In this document: in pieces, positions 8,751-17,855 of the stretch
How the letters are laid out: each line of letters opens with the position of its first letter
How positions within the stretch are numbered: position 1 is the stretch's first letter
Origin: a virus
Lineage: Duplodnaviria > Caudoviricetes
Length of the DNA stretch: 54,567 nucleotides
Direction: 5' to 3' (one strand)
Virus record (IMG/VR): IMGVR_UViG_3300045141_000365
Span: 1 to 54,567 of that record
Made by a program: the position numbers and the translations under genes
Notes under the pieces: generated by a model
Databases searched by the model: none
The model's input: the letters and a program-made list of their open reading frames with translations, nothing else
Told to the model about the DNA's origin: nothing

Positions 8751-9113
8751 GTGCAAGTCGTCGCTCAGATATACACGGTCAGCACCGTCTCCATTCCAGA
8801 GACGGTGATCTACACTGTCCCGGAGGATGGCCTTTACGAGCTGTCAGCGGTCCTGGAGTCCAGGACCCCTTACCCATCGATGGTGAGCGGGGACAGCGTG
8901 GTCTCGCTGCTGTTCCGGGCGGAGGGCTACATCGGCCGCAAGAAGTTCTCCCTGGTGCCGTCTCTGCATGTCGATCAGCCGCATGATGCTGCCGGGTTTA
9001 TAGTTCTGGCACTCAAGGGAGGGACCACCGTCACCTTCTCGGCCACGTTGTTCGCCTCCGGCGCCGAAGCCACCTTTGCTGTCATCGCCGCCCTGAAGCA
9101 GTTGACTCCTTAA
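8751..9113 (+). CDS. Hypothetical beta-rich protein
   Basis: GTG start abutting the previous stop codon. Confidence 0.5.
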   Translation: MQVVAQIYTVSTVSIPETVIYTVPEDGLYELSAVLESRTPYPSMVSGDSVVSLLFRAEGYIGRKKFSLVPSLHVDQPHDAAGFIVLALKGGTTVTFSATLFASGAEATFAVIAALKQLTP

Positions 9114-10918
9114 GTCAGCACCCAATTCTCCCGGATCTTTGCGGCCCGGCGTTTCAGGTCGTCTTTCCAGCGGTCATCACGTTTGGGTGATTGCGTGGAA
9201 AGTTTGGAGATCGAGAACCCCAGGCGTCTGGCGCCTTCACAGGCAGTGGCCAGCCAATCCATCAAGTCAGGGCTGCGGTTGGTGCGCTTCCTGGTTTCCT
9301 CCTTTGGCTCGATTTCAATTTTGTCCCCACGAACCATGTACCACTCCCGGGAGCAGGCGTCATCAATCACTTCCATGGGCATGTTTCGCATTTGCCATGA
9401 CTCAATGATGTAGCGCACAGAGAACCAGATTTCCGTGACGAACTTGCTGAAATGTTCATCAGCTCTTTTGGGACGCATCTGGCCCGAGTCCTTGTCCCGA
9501 ATCATGAGATCAGCCACAGGCCGACCCGTAGGTGATCCCCCAAACTCCACAGGGTTGACCATTGGGCTCCACAGCCTGGCGAATGCAGTGCCCAAAGATC
9601 CCCGGCCGGTGGAGTCGTAAAACACATTTTCCGGAGGAATGCCCTGGCGTTCACAGTCCTCCTTGACGAACTGGGCGATTTGATCCTCCGGAACTTTGTC
9701 GCTGCGTGGGGAGATCGGGATGATCACTGGCTGGTTGACGTTCAGGATTGTTTCCTTTCCATCCACGCCCCGGCCAAATTCCACTACTCCACCCACGCAC
9801 CGATCCCCACCAATGCTACCGTAGGCGGCATCCACGGCGTAAACTTTGGTCTGCCTGGTATCGAACCAGACAGCTTTTTCCATGGCGTCAAATTGCTTGC
9901 ATAGTGTGAGGGTGATGACCCTCCTGGCGTAGAGCCCTGTTTTCCTGATCCCAAGAACCTGGGAGTAGTATTGCAGCGAATTCCTGCCGTAAAAGTTCTC
10001 CACCTTTTGGATCTCCTTTTGGTGGATCATGTACGGGTACTTTGGCTTTACGTCCTGGGGGAAATCGAAGTTCGGGCTGTCTGTGCCCACCAGATTAATG
10101 GAAGTGCCCCCGAATTTGTTTTCCCACGTGGTGGTCTTCTCTGGCTCGTTGATTGAATTCCACCCGTCCTTGGGCTCAGAGATCTTGTCCAGGGGATCAC
10201 CTTCCCCTAATGGGTTTCCCACAAAGACACCCTTGAAGTCTCCACTGTTCAGATTCGCCAAGCTGTCCAAAAAGGCCGGGCGCATGAATTGGCACTCATC
10301 ACTGAGCAGCCTCCGGCGTTTTTGCTTCAGTCCCACGTACTTCCCCAGCCCCACAAATTGGCCATTGGAGCTGATGCAGGGAATGCAAACAATGCCCTTG
10401 CGCATGTCCCGGACATCCTCCTCTTGCAAGTTGTCAGTGCAAATGGCGTGCTTGGAATCGATCAGGTGACCTCCCAGGAAATCCCATCTAGCCTTGGCTC
10501 GCTGGTAAAGTCCCTTGAGATCACCCCAGATCCTGTACTCCAGCCCGCGCATGTCCGTGGAGGAAATCAGGATCAATGTGGTGTGCGGAAAGCACCAGTA
10601 ATCCATCAGGCCAAACTTGGCCATGCAGTGAGTCTTCCCGCTATCCTTCGGGCCAAGGATCGGAGTGATCGGGCTTTCGAGGATTGTCTTCAGGCATAAT
10701 TGCCACCAGCGATGGTCGTCCTCTTCCGGCCAAAGCAGCTTGGCCAGCTCGGAATAATGGAAGTAAAGCCCCTCCCCAGCCATCTGCCCGTTGGCCTTTT
10801 TCCACTGGCCCCCTTTGCGAATAATGTCCATGTGAACATGGATGGGTGCTACCAGAGGAGAGAGCCAGACACCGTACCGATTCACCTTCTGATTGGGGTC
10901 TTGCTGTTCTTCCGGCAT
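9110..10918 (-). CDS. terL: Terminase large subunit
   Basis: Walker A GPKDSGKT, Walker B LLSDE, coupling motif VGNP, RNase H-like VDAAYG...YDSTG...RSPDLMD. Confidence 0.88.
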   Translation of the reverse strand: MPEEQQDPNQKVNRYGVWLSPLVAPIHVHMDIIRKGGQWKKANGQMAGEGLYFHYSELAKLLWPEEDDHRWWQLCLKTILESPITPILGPKDSGKTHCMAKFGLMDYWCFPHTTLILISSTDMRGLEYRIWGDLKGLYQRAKARWDFLGGHLIDSKHAICTDNLQEEDVRDMRKGIVCIPCISSNGQFVGLGKYVGLKQKRRRLLSDECQFMRPAFLDSLANLNSGDFKGVFVGNPLGEGDPLDKISEPKDGWNSINEPEKTTTWENKFGGTSINLVGTDSPNFDFPQDVKPKYPYMIHQKEIQKVENFYGRNSLQYYSQVLGIRKTGLYARRVITLTLCKQFDAMEKAVWFDTRQTKVYAVDAAYGSIGGDRCVGGVVEFGRGVDGKETILNVNQPVIIPISPRSDKVPEDQIAQFVKEDCERQGIPPENVFYDSTGRGSLGTAFARLWSPMVNPVEFGGSPTGRPVADLMIRDKDSGQMRPKRADEHFSKFVTEIWFSVRYIIESWQMRNMPMEVIDDACSREWYMVRGDKIEIEPKEETRKRTNRSPDLMDWLATACEGARRLGFSISKLSTQSPKRDDRWKDDLKRRAAKIRENWVLT

Positions 10919-10953
10919 GGATGCATTGTGCGGGACAGCATGGCCAATAGCAA
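10901..10953. promoter_or_regulatory. Overlapping divergent sigma70-like promoters
   Basis: Plus strand: TTGCTG-17-CATTGT; minus strand: TTGCTA-17-CACAAT, 6 nt before the terL ATG. Confidence 0.45.
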
Positions 10954-12724
10954 TTCAGGCCCCATATGGGAAGTGGACGGTCAGACTGAATGGTCTGCCG
11001 GGGTCAACAGCGGCCAAACGCCCACCATTGCCTCAGACAACTTCCCCCATGGTCTTAAGCGCAATGCTTTGGCCTTTTTAGGCAACGGCACAGTGCGGGG
11101 AGGGCAGATCTCCCCACGGAATGGCTTTCAGCCTCTGGTTCAAGGTGTCAATTGGTCCGGCCTGTTTCAAGGCGCGTACATGTATGAGCCGGATGGTGGT
11201 GACCCCTATATCATGATGGGAGTCGGGGGCCGCACGTATCAGGTCAGAGTGGACCTGGACAATTCAGTCAAGGATGTCACCACGGCGGCCACGTTGCGAA
11301 GCTTGAGCCAGCCACAATGGTGGATGAAGCAGGGCGAACAGTTCCTGGTGATTCAGGATAATTTCGCTGAGCCCAATGTCTGGGATGGCAGCAAGCTTCA
11401 GAAAATCTCAGCGATGATCAACACGCTCGGGGTTCCAACGCTGCCCCGTGGAACCGCCATGGATTATTTCATGGGCCGTTTCTGGGTTTGCACTGGCACC
11501 CGGGAATACATAGGTGGGGACATCGTGCGTGGTCCCAGCGGGACAGCAGCCTACGGGTTCCGGGACTCGATTCTTTTCCAAAGCGAGAACACCTACCTGG
11601 CCGGTGGTGGCGCCTTTGTGGTGCCTACCAATGCCGGGATCATTCGCGCCATAGCGCATACCGCTGAACTGGACACTGCCTTGGGACAAGGAAGGCTTTA
11701 CGTTTTTACCCGCAATTCCATTTACGCCCTCAACGTTCCTGTGGATCGAACCACATGGGCTGCTGCCACGATCAACAAGCTCCCCCTGCAAACTGTTGCC
11801 CAGATAAAGTTCGGCGCGGTTGGGGACAGGAGCGTAGTTGCTGTCAATGGTGACTTATTCTACCAAACACTGGAACCAGGAATACGGTCCCTGACATTGG
11901 CTGTGCGTTACTTCACGCAATGGGGCAACGTGGGCATCAGCCGCAATGAGAACCGTGTGCTTCAGCTTAATGACCGGTCCCTATTGCGCCTTTCGTCTGG
12001 CATTGAATTCAACAATCGCCTGTTGCAAACCTGCCTGCCATTCCAGACTGCCGTAGGGGTGGCGCATCGGGGGATTATTCCACTCGACTTCGATATTATC
12101 AGCAGCCTGGACGAGAAGCTTCCGCCAGCCTGGGAAGGCATGATGGAGGGACTCCAGTTCCTGCAATTGGTGGAAGGGGATTTTGGCGGCCGGCAACGGG
12201 CATTTGCCATTGTGCTCGGGGAAGTCTCCGGACAGATCGAGGTGTGGGAAATAACCAGCACTGAGATCGGGGACAATGGGGACAATCGGATCACCTATTG
12301 GTTTGAGACCCCCGCTTACACTTGGGGTGATATGTTCCAATTGAAGAAGCTAGTCAGCGCCGAACTTTGGGCCGATCAGATCTTTGGCACTGTGGACTTC
12401 ACGGTGGAGTACCGCGTGGATCAGTCCCCTTGCTGGATCCTGTGGCACAAGTGGCAGGTCTGTGCGGCCCGGGATTGTCGCGAAGATCCTGACGTGCCCT
12501 GTGGTTACCCCATCCAGCCTTTCTGCCCTCAGAATCGTTCTTCAATGGCACTGCCAGTGCCCCCATCTCAATGTGATCCGAACAATATCCGGCCATCAGA
12601 CATCGGGTATCAGTTTCAATGCCGAATCACGATCAAAGGCACAGCGACGGTGAGAGGTTTTCTCATCTACGCTGAAAAACGTGTGAGGGAGCCATATGAA
12701 GGTATAGTCTGCGCGAAAGTATGA
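10940..12724 (+). CDS. Tail nozzle / DNA stabilisation protein (tail tubular B-like)
   Basis: Likely start MANSNSG at 10940 (the longer ORF overlaps terL); beta-propeller-like repeats; size and position. Confidence 0.55.
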   Translation: MANSNSGPIWEVDGQTEWSAGVNSGQTPTIASDNFPHGLKRNALAFLGNGTVRGGQISPRNGFQPLVQGVNWSGLFQGAYMYEPDGGDPYIMMGVGGRTYQVRVDLDNSVKDVTTAATLRSLSQPQWWMKQGEQFLVIQDNFAEPNVWDGSKLQKISAMINTLGVPTLPRGTAMDYFMGRFWVCTGTREYIGGDIVRGPSGTAAYGFRDSILFQSENTYLAGGGAFVVPTNAGIIRAIAHTAELDTALGQGRLYVFTRNSIYALNVPVDRTTWAAATINKLPLQTVAQIKFGAVGDRSVVAVNGDLFYQTLEPGIRSLTLAVRYFTQWGNVGISRNENRVLQLNDRSLLRLSSGIEFNNRLLQTCLPFQTAVGVAHRGIIPLDFDIISSLDEKLPPAWEGMMEGLQFLQLVEGDFGGRQRAFAIVLGEVSGQIEVWEITSTEIGDNGDNRITYWFETPAYTWGDMFQLKKLVSAELWADQIFGTVDFTVEYRVDQSPCWILWHKWQVCAARDCREDPDVPCGYPIQPFCPQNRSSMALPVPPSQCDPNNIRPSDIGYQFQCRITIKGTATVRGFLIYAEKRVREPYEGIVCAKV

Positions 12725-14331
12725 ACAACCCATGTGATCGAGCATTGCTGTGTGATTGTTCCCCGACACCCTTCCGGAACTTCAGTTCGGAAGCCCCGGA
12801 CCCTGCTGAATTCTTTGCCATTTCGTTTTTCGCCGGCAGCCCCCCGCTGAACTCACCCCCATCCTTCTTCGGCTTTGGCGGCTCGCAGCTTGGCACCTGT
12901 GAGTCAGTGGTGTCCCAAGTGGACGCACAGGATTGCGCCACGCGGGGAGCGGAAAGCAAGGTCTGGGATACGTGGGTCGATGGAAGCCCCCCTGTTCCGG
13001 TTCGTCAATTTGGCAACACTGAGCAGGTCTGTGAGATCCCGTGCCCCAACGGTGAGGATCCATTCATTTACACGCTGGCGGCCGGCACGGTGATTGCACT
13101 ATCCCAGGCCGAAGCTGACGAACTGGCGGCAAGCATCTGCCTGTTCCGGGCTAGACTGGCCCAGGTCTGCGTACCGGTGAACCCAATAACGCCACCCAGC
13201 ATTACGCTGGTGCCGGATTTGGTCTTCCTGACCAATCTGGCCACCAACACTCCGAATTTAGTGGGCCAGGTTTTGTCCGGCGCGGCGGGGCTGTTTAATG
13301 GCTCGGCCACGATCCTGCCAGCAGGGGCAGGATTCGGGGTGGCCAATGCTGCCAACGATCTTGGACGGGTGGCTGGAAACTTCTTTGTCGCATTCAATCA
13401 GGATGGCTTTTGGTACGATGGAGTGAACCGGGATCTTGGTCCCGGCACGAGCGGGACCGTGGATATGTTGGGCATGTCTACTGACGGGTTTTCGATCTAC
13501 AGGGACCAGGATGTTGGCATCACCAGCAAGCTCTACAACCCAACGCTTGCCACATTGACCAGTCTTGGGTTTTTGCCCGGTGGCTCCTTTACTATTCCGG
13601 GGGCCTTTGGGCTCGGTAATGCTCCCACTACGATTATCACCACTCCAAGGAGAGTCATCAACACACTCCACCAGATGGCCGTTAGTGCTGACGATGGGGT
13701 CAATTTCTGGGCCTGCCGATATACTGGCGGGGTTTTGGTGCAGATTTCCCCACTCTTTGCGGACCTCCCGCCTTTTGGAAACAATGGCAATGGCTCCGTA
13801 GCAATTGACCAAGCTGGTGCCGTGCTTGGGGTTTGGAGGCAAGCGGCCCCCGTTCGGAACAGGGCATTTATCAATATGGCTGGTGGTCGGGCCGCTTCGT
13901 TTGATCTTGGCGGGGTTGGGGCAGGGCAAGTCACGCCAGTGGCTTTAAGTGATCACAACCAAATTGCCTGTGGCACCTGTGATGATGGGGGTGGTTTTGG
14001 AAACGACGCAGCATGGCGTTGGAATATCATGGAAGGCTTTAAGTTGATTCCACGGCTGACTGCCGGTGTTTCCATGATCACTGGAGATTGCAACAGCTTT
14101 GGAGACGTGGTGGGATACGATAACAACCTTGTCGCATGGATTTGCAGGAATGGCGTGACGTACAAAATTATCGACATCCTCAACGCCTGGGCTACTGATC
14201 CAGCCTGGACTTCGATCAGGACAGCCGAGCTGTGCAATGACCAGCGTCAGGTGGCCGGGTTTGGTATTCACTCCGGGGTGCAAAAGTGCTATCTCTTAAC
14301 TCTGCCGGCTGGTTCTGAACTTGGGCCATAA
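12721..14331 (+). CDS. Tail protein with Cys-rich N-terminus and HAF-repeat-like propeller
   Basis: Repeats ANAANDLGRVAG / AIDQAGAVLG / ALSDHNQIACG / DCNSFGDVVG / LCNDQRQVAG. Confidence 0.55.
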   Translation: MNNPCDRALLCDCSPTPFRNFSSEAPDPAEFFAISFFAGSPPLNSPPSFFGFGGSQLGTCESVVSQVDAQDCATRGAESKVWDTWVDGSPPVPVRQFGNTEQVCEIPCPNGEDPFIYTLAAGTVIALSQAEADELAASICLFRARLAQVCVPVNPITPPSITLVPDLVFLTNLATNTPNLVGQVLSGAAGLFNGSATILPAGAGFGVANAANDLGRVAGNFFVAFNQDGFWYDGVNRDLGPGTSGTVDMLGMSTDGFSIYRDQDVGITSKLYNPTLATLTSLGFLPGGSFTIPGAFGLGNAPTTIITTPRRVINTLHQMAVSADDGVNFWACRYTGGVLVQISPLFADLPPFGNNGNGSVAIDQAGAVLGVWRQAAPVRNRAFINMAGGRAASFDLGGVGAGQVTPVALSDHNQIACGTCDDGGGFGNDAAWRWNIMEGFKLIPRLTAGVSMITGDCNSFGDVVGYDNNLVAWICRNGVTYKIIDILNAWATDPAWTSIRTAELCNDQRQVAGFGIHSGVQKCYLLTLPAGSELGP

Positions 14332-14336
14332 ATGCT

Positions 14337-15368
14337 ATGAAACTTTCTGTTCACGATGTTCAAATGTCCTCGCTGCCCAAGGCAGTGGGGCTCTGCGCTT
14401 CTGACCTGCCATCCATCCTGTCCGGGCTCAACGAAGTGATCCAGCGGTTGCTGGTGGCCCAGGAGATGGGTGACACCGGTTGGTACGGCACCAATCGTGA
14501 GGTGGTGTTTTCGGTCAATCCGCTCAACCCGTATGTGACCACTCCCCGGGAAGTGGCTCGCCTTAGCGACATCGATATTTGTGGCCAACCGATCAAGGTT
14601 CAGAATCAGTACTTTGAATACCTGCTGTTCGGGGATGGCCATCGTCCGCGTTGCCGCTCCTCCATCTGTCAGGCCACAGCCGCCTACGATCGGGGCACGG
14701 TCGTTACATGGGTCGATATTCCGCTGGGGAATACTGTGCGAGTCTACCCCACCAATGCGGCTGACAAAAACAAGCGGGTTTTCATCCAGGGGTCAGACAG
14801 TAACGGCAATCCGATCTACACGATCGACGATGGCGTTCAGGTCAATGGCTTCTTCATCTCGCTCGACACTCCGTTTGCTGATTCGCTTTACACGATGGCA
14901 GCAGGCGGGATCACCGGCATTGAGAAGGACACCACACTGGGGCCGGTCCTGATTTATGGCGTGGACCCTGTAACGTCAGTTCAAACCTTGCTGGTCACAC
15001 TGGCTCCCAATGAAAACGCTCCGGCTTTCCGTCGTTACTTTCTGGACAGGCTGCCCCGGCAATGCACTGACTGCCCTCCGCCATTGGCTCCCATCCAAAT
15101 GACGGCCATGGCTCAGTTGGAATTCGTGCCCCTGACCTGTGACACTGACATCCTGCTGATTGGCAATCTCCCAGCCATCAAGTCGGAATGGATGTCTCTT
15201 CGCTTTGAGGGGATGGATGAACCATCAGCCCAACAGCAAGCCGTCAAGCATCACAAGGATGCCATTCGCTATCTCCAGGGAGAGATCGTAAAATATACGG
15301 GAAAACAGCTTCCTGCCCTCGGATTTAAACCGTTTGGCAAGCATCCTGTATCATTGAATATGCGATGA
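14337..15368 (+). CDS. Head-tail adaptor (tail tubular A-like)
   Basis: N-terminal LSGLNEVIQRLL helix, helical C-terminus, position. Confidence 0.5.
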   Translation: MKLSVHDVQMSSLPKAVGLCASDLPSILSGLNEVIQRLLVAQEMGDTGWYGTNREVVFSVNPLNPYVTTPREVARLSDIDICGQPIKVQNQYFEYLLFGDGHRPRCRSSICQATAAYDRGTVVTWVDIPLGNTVRVYPTNAADKNKRVFIQGSDSNGNPIYTIDDGVQVNGFFISLDTPFADSLYTMAAGGITGIEKDTTLGPVLIYGVDPVTSVQTLLVTLAPNENAPAFRRYFLDRLPRQCTDCPPPLAPIQMTAMAQLEFVPLTCDTDILLIGNLPAIKSEWMSLRFEGMDEPSAQQQAVKHHKDAIRYLQGEIVKYTGKQLPALGFKPFGKHPVSLNMR

Positions 15369-16078
15369 CTATGACAGCCAAACAGATTTACATGAAGGCT
15401 TATTACGCCAAGCACGGTGTCAGGCTTCGCGAGATGGAGCGACAACGAAGGCTTGTGGATGTCGAACTCTCGCGATTGAAGGATCGTCAAAACTATCAAC
15501 GGAACAGGCTTCAAAAATTGAATTCAAAGAAGCTTTACCACATTAATAATCGACAGAAACGAAACGCTTATAGTCGCTCTTATTGGGCTTCAAATCGAAA
15601 CAAGTTAACCGCGAATTGCCGGAAGCGGTATTTGGCAAACCGAAAACAGGCTATTAAAAACTCCACGGATTACATTCGCGCAAACCCTGAAAAGCACAAA
15701 CTTTACAGGAATAGATGGCGAAAGCGAAACCCAGAGAAATGGCAGGCTGGCGAAGCCCGCAGGAGAGCGCTTGAGAAAGGTGTTGCTACCGATAAAAAAT
15801 CTGTCCAGTGGTTTTTTACCGCTATACGCAACCAGCATTCAGTCACCTGCTCGTATTGCCAAGCAAGCATTGATGCTCTGAAGGCCCACGTGGATCACAT
15901 CGTTCCAATTTCATGCGGTGGAGACGATCTGCCTGATAATTTTGCGGTTTCGTGTCCTAGTTGCAATCTCAGCAAGCACGACCATTTGTTGCACGAATGG
16001 AAGCGATGTCCGGAACGTATACGGCGGCTCTGGTTGGAATATTTCAGCAAACACGCAGTCGCTCTAAATATGAGGTAA
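15365..16078 (+). CDS. HNH endonuclease with basic helical N-terminus
   Basis: CSYC...HVDHIVPISCGG...NFAVSCPSCNLSK. Confidence 0.9.
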   Translation: MTMTAKQIYMKAYYAKHGVRLREMERQRRLVDVELSRLKDRQNYQRNRLQKLNSKKLYHINNRQKRNAYSRSYWASNRNKLTANCRKRYLANRKQAIKNSTDYIRANPEKHKLYRNRWRKRNPEKWQAGEARRRALEKGVATDKKSVQWFFTAIRNQHSVTCSYCQASIDALKAHVDHIVPISCGGDDLPDNFAVSCPSCNLSKHDHLLHEWKRCPERIRRLWLEYFSKHAVALNMR

Positions 16079-16081
16079 TCT

Positions 16082-16885
16082 ATGCTACCGCAATTCAGTC
16101 TTTATAATGATCCAGCCAATCCAGCCCCTGTAGCAGCCCCAGCAGTGCCCGCCTACACCGGGCCCAACCTGCCCGAGCAATTGGTGAACAATCTCTCTGG
16201 CGCACTTAAGGGTGAGCTGCCCGAGGACGTTAAGCAGATGTTGCAACAGAAGGCTGCTCAGGATGCAGTCAGTAGTGGAACCTCTGGCTCCCAGTTCGCC
16301 AATTACCAGGGCCTTCGCACGCTGGGATTAACCTCTTTGGACCGGATGCAGCACGCTGAAGATTCGTTGATCAATCCGCTGCTGAATTATCATCCTCCAT
16401 TTTTCCAGCCACAACGCCCCTACAGCCCGCCAGCCAGAGGGTACGAAGGTGGTGGTGGCGGATTTGAGAGCACCACGCCCCACTACAATGTGGGACCAAT
16501 TCAAGGTGGTGGCGGGCGTCCCACGTTGCCAACGTATCAGCAGCCAGGACCAACAGCTCCGTCAGTAGGAGCCACCGGCACCGGCAATATCCTGAATGAC
16601 TTGCTGTCAAAGTACGGGCCCATTGGGAATTCGGGATCTTCCCCCATGGGCAGTGGCACCACAGCAACAAACAGTGTCAGTCCTTGGGCAGGAATGAGTG
16701 GTGCCAACAATTGGAATAGTGGAGGGATTACTGACGAAGATAGAGCAATGGCACAGGAGCAGCAGAACCTGATTGATGTAGGACTTAACCCTGCGGATTT
16801 TGGATATGGGCAATCCTCGTTGGATCTTAGCTATTTTGACCAGCCTTCCCCTCAGGTTTTAGCCGAACAATCGATTTACGAATGA
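16082..16885 (+). CDS. Putative internal virion/ejection protein
   Basis: Low-complexity G/P/Q/S-rich; position. Confidence 0.5.
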   Translation: MLPQFSLYNDPANPAPVAAPAVPAYTGPNLPEQLVNNLSGALKGELPEDVKQMLQQKAAQDAVSSGTSGSQFANYQGLRTLGLTSLDRMQHAEDSLINPLLNYHPPFFQPQRPYSPPARGYEGGGGGFESTTPHYNVGPIQGGGGRPTLPTYQQPGPTAPSVGATGTGNILNDLLSKYGPIGNSGSSPMGSGTTATNSVSPWAGMSGANNWNSGGITDEDRAMAQEQQNLIDVGLNPADFGYGQSSLDLSYFDQPSPQVLAEQSIYE

Positions 16886-17061
16886 CCTTCAAGGAACTGA
16901 TTGCCATTACACCTGAGGACCAGCGCTACGAGCTGGAAGAAAGGGCGGCGATCCACGAGTTTGACGGTGGCCTGTCTCGCACGGAAGCGGAGATCAGGAC
17001 TACAAAATCGCATCAAAAAAGCTTCTGGGACAGACTGCGCCATGAGGCGGACTTACTGTAG
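16882..17061 (+). CDS. 59-aa protein with EERAAIxEFDGGLSRxEAE motif (below ORF-track cutoff)
   Basis: ATGA-coupled; MTFKELIAITPEDQRYELEERAAIHEFDGGLSRTEAE...; recurrent small phage motif. Confidence 0.65.
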   Translation: MTFKELIAITPEDQRYELEERAAIHEFDGGLSRTEAEIRTTKSHQKSFWDRLRHEADLL

Positions 17062-17067
17062 GAATTT

Positions 17068-17853
17068 ATGGACACTGGAATTGACCAACAAGCGCCTCCA
17101 ATTCCCAATCAGGGGAACACTGACATTTCGCAAGGGCCAACCTCTCTGCCGCTGCCAGCGCCTTATCAGCCGCCAAGTGACATTGTGCAACCAAGTGAAG
17201 GAGGAGCACTTCCGCCTGATTGGTGGATAGCGCGTCCCCCACAGCAAAAACCATGGAGCGCGTTGCCTTTTGCGCGAGCAGCCTTTTCCCAGCTTCCCCC
17301 CAACGTGGCAGGCCCGGCCATCACCCAAGCCTTGCGCCTGGAGGGACTGCTTGGGTTCGATGCAGACCGAAAGGCCGGCGTGCCGGTGGCTGAAGCGATG
17401 GCGAAATGGGCGAGCAAACTATATGCGGATCATCCCAGCGTGGCGGCAGCATTGAGCAAGAAGCCACCGACGCCATTCAGTCCCACTGAAACCCAGGTTG
17501 GTGGACAGTCATTGATCCAGATGTCCCCGAATCGCTTTTCGTTCAAGCCCAAGGCCACCGGAGAAGCAGCCTTGAAGCCCTCAGATGTTCTTCACGCCAC
17601 CACGGCGGAATTGGCCCAGCTTTCCAAGGCGATCGATCAGGCGGCCGAAGCCCGGGACCAGACTGCTGTTCGCGCTCTGCGCTTGCGCCACAATGAAGTC
17701 CTGAACCGGCTTCATGACATGACTGCCGGCGCTCCCGCTACCGCGAAGAAAAAAGCTCGACCCGCGAAAGGGTTTGTGGAGAGCGGCCATCGCTTCAAGG
17801 ATTTGTCCGGAGTGCCGGCCAACGATCCCAGCAATTGGGAACCTGTGGAGTAA
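17068..17853 (+). CDS. Putative ejection protein
   Basis: Pro/Ala-rich; C-terminal GHRFK...DPSNWEPVE. Confidence 0.5.
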   Translation: MDTGIDQQAPPIPNQGNTDISQGPTSLPLPAPYQPPSDIVQPSEGGALPPDWWIARPPQQKPWSALPFARAAFSQLPPNVAGPAITQALRLEGLLGFDADRKAGVPVAEAMAKWASKLYADHPSVAAALSKKPPTPFSPTETQVGGQSLIQMSPNRFSFKPKATGEAALKPSDVLHATTAELAQLSKAIDQAAEARDQTAVRALRLRHNEVLNRLHDMTAGAPATAKKKARPAKGFVESGHRFKDLSGVPANDPSNWEPVE

Positions 17854-17855
17854 TT

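Noticed and set aside
10700-10939. N-terminal extension of the tail nozzle ORF
   Set aside because: Overlaps terL on the opposite strand; ATG 10940 is more plausible.
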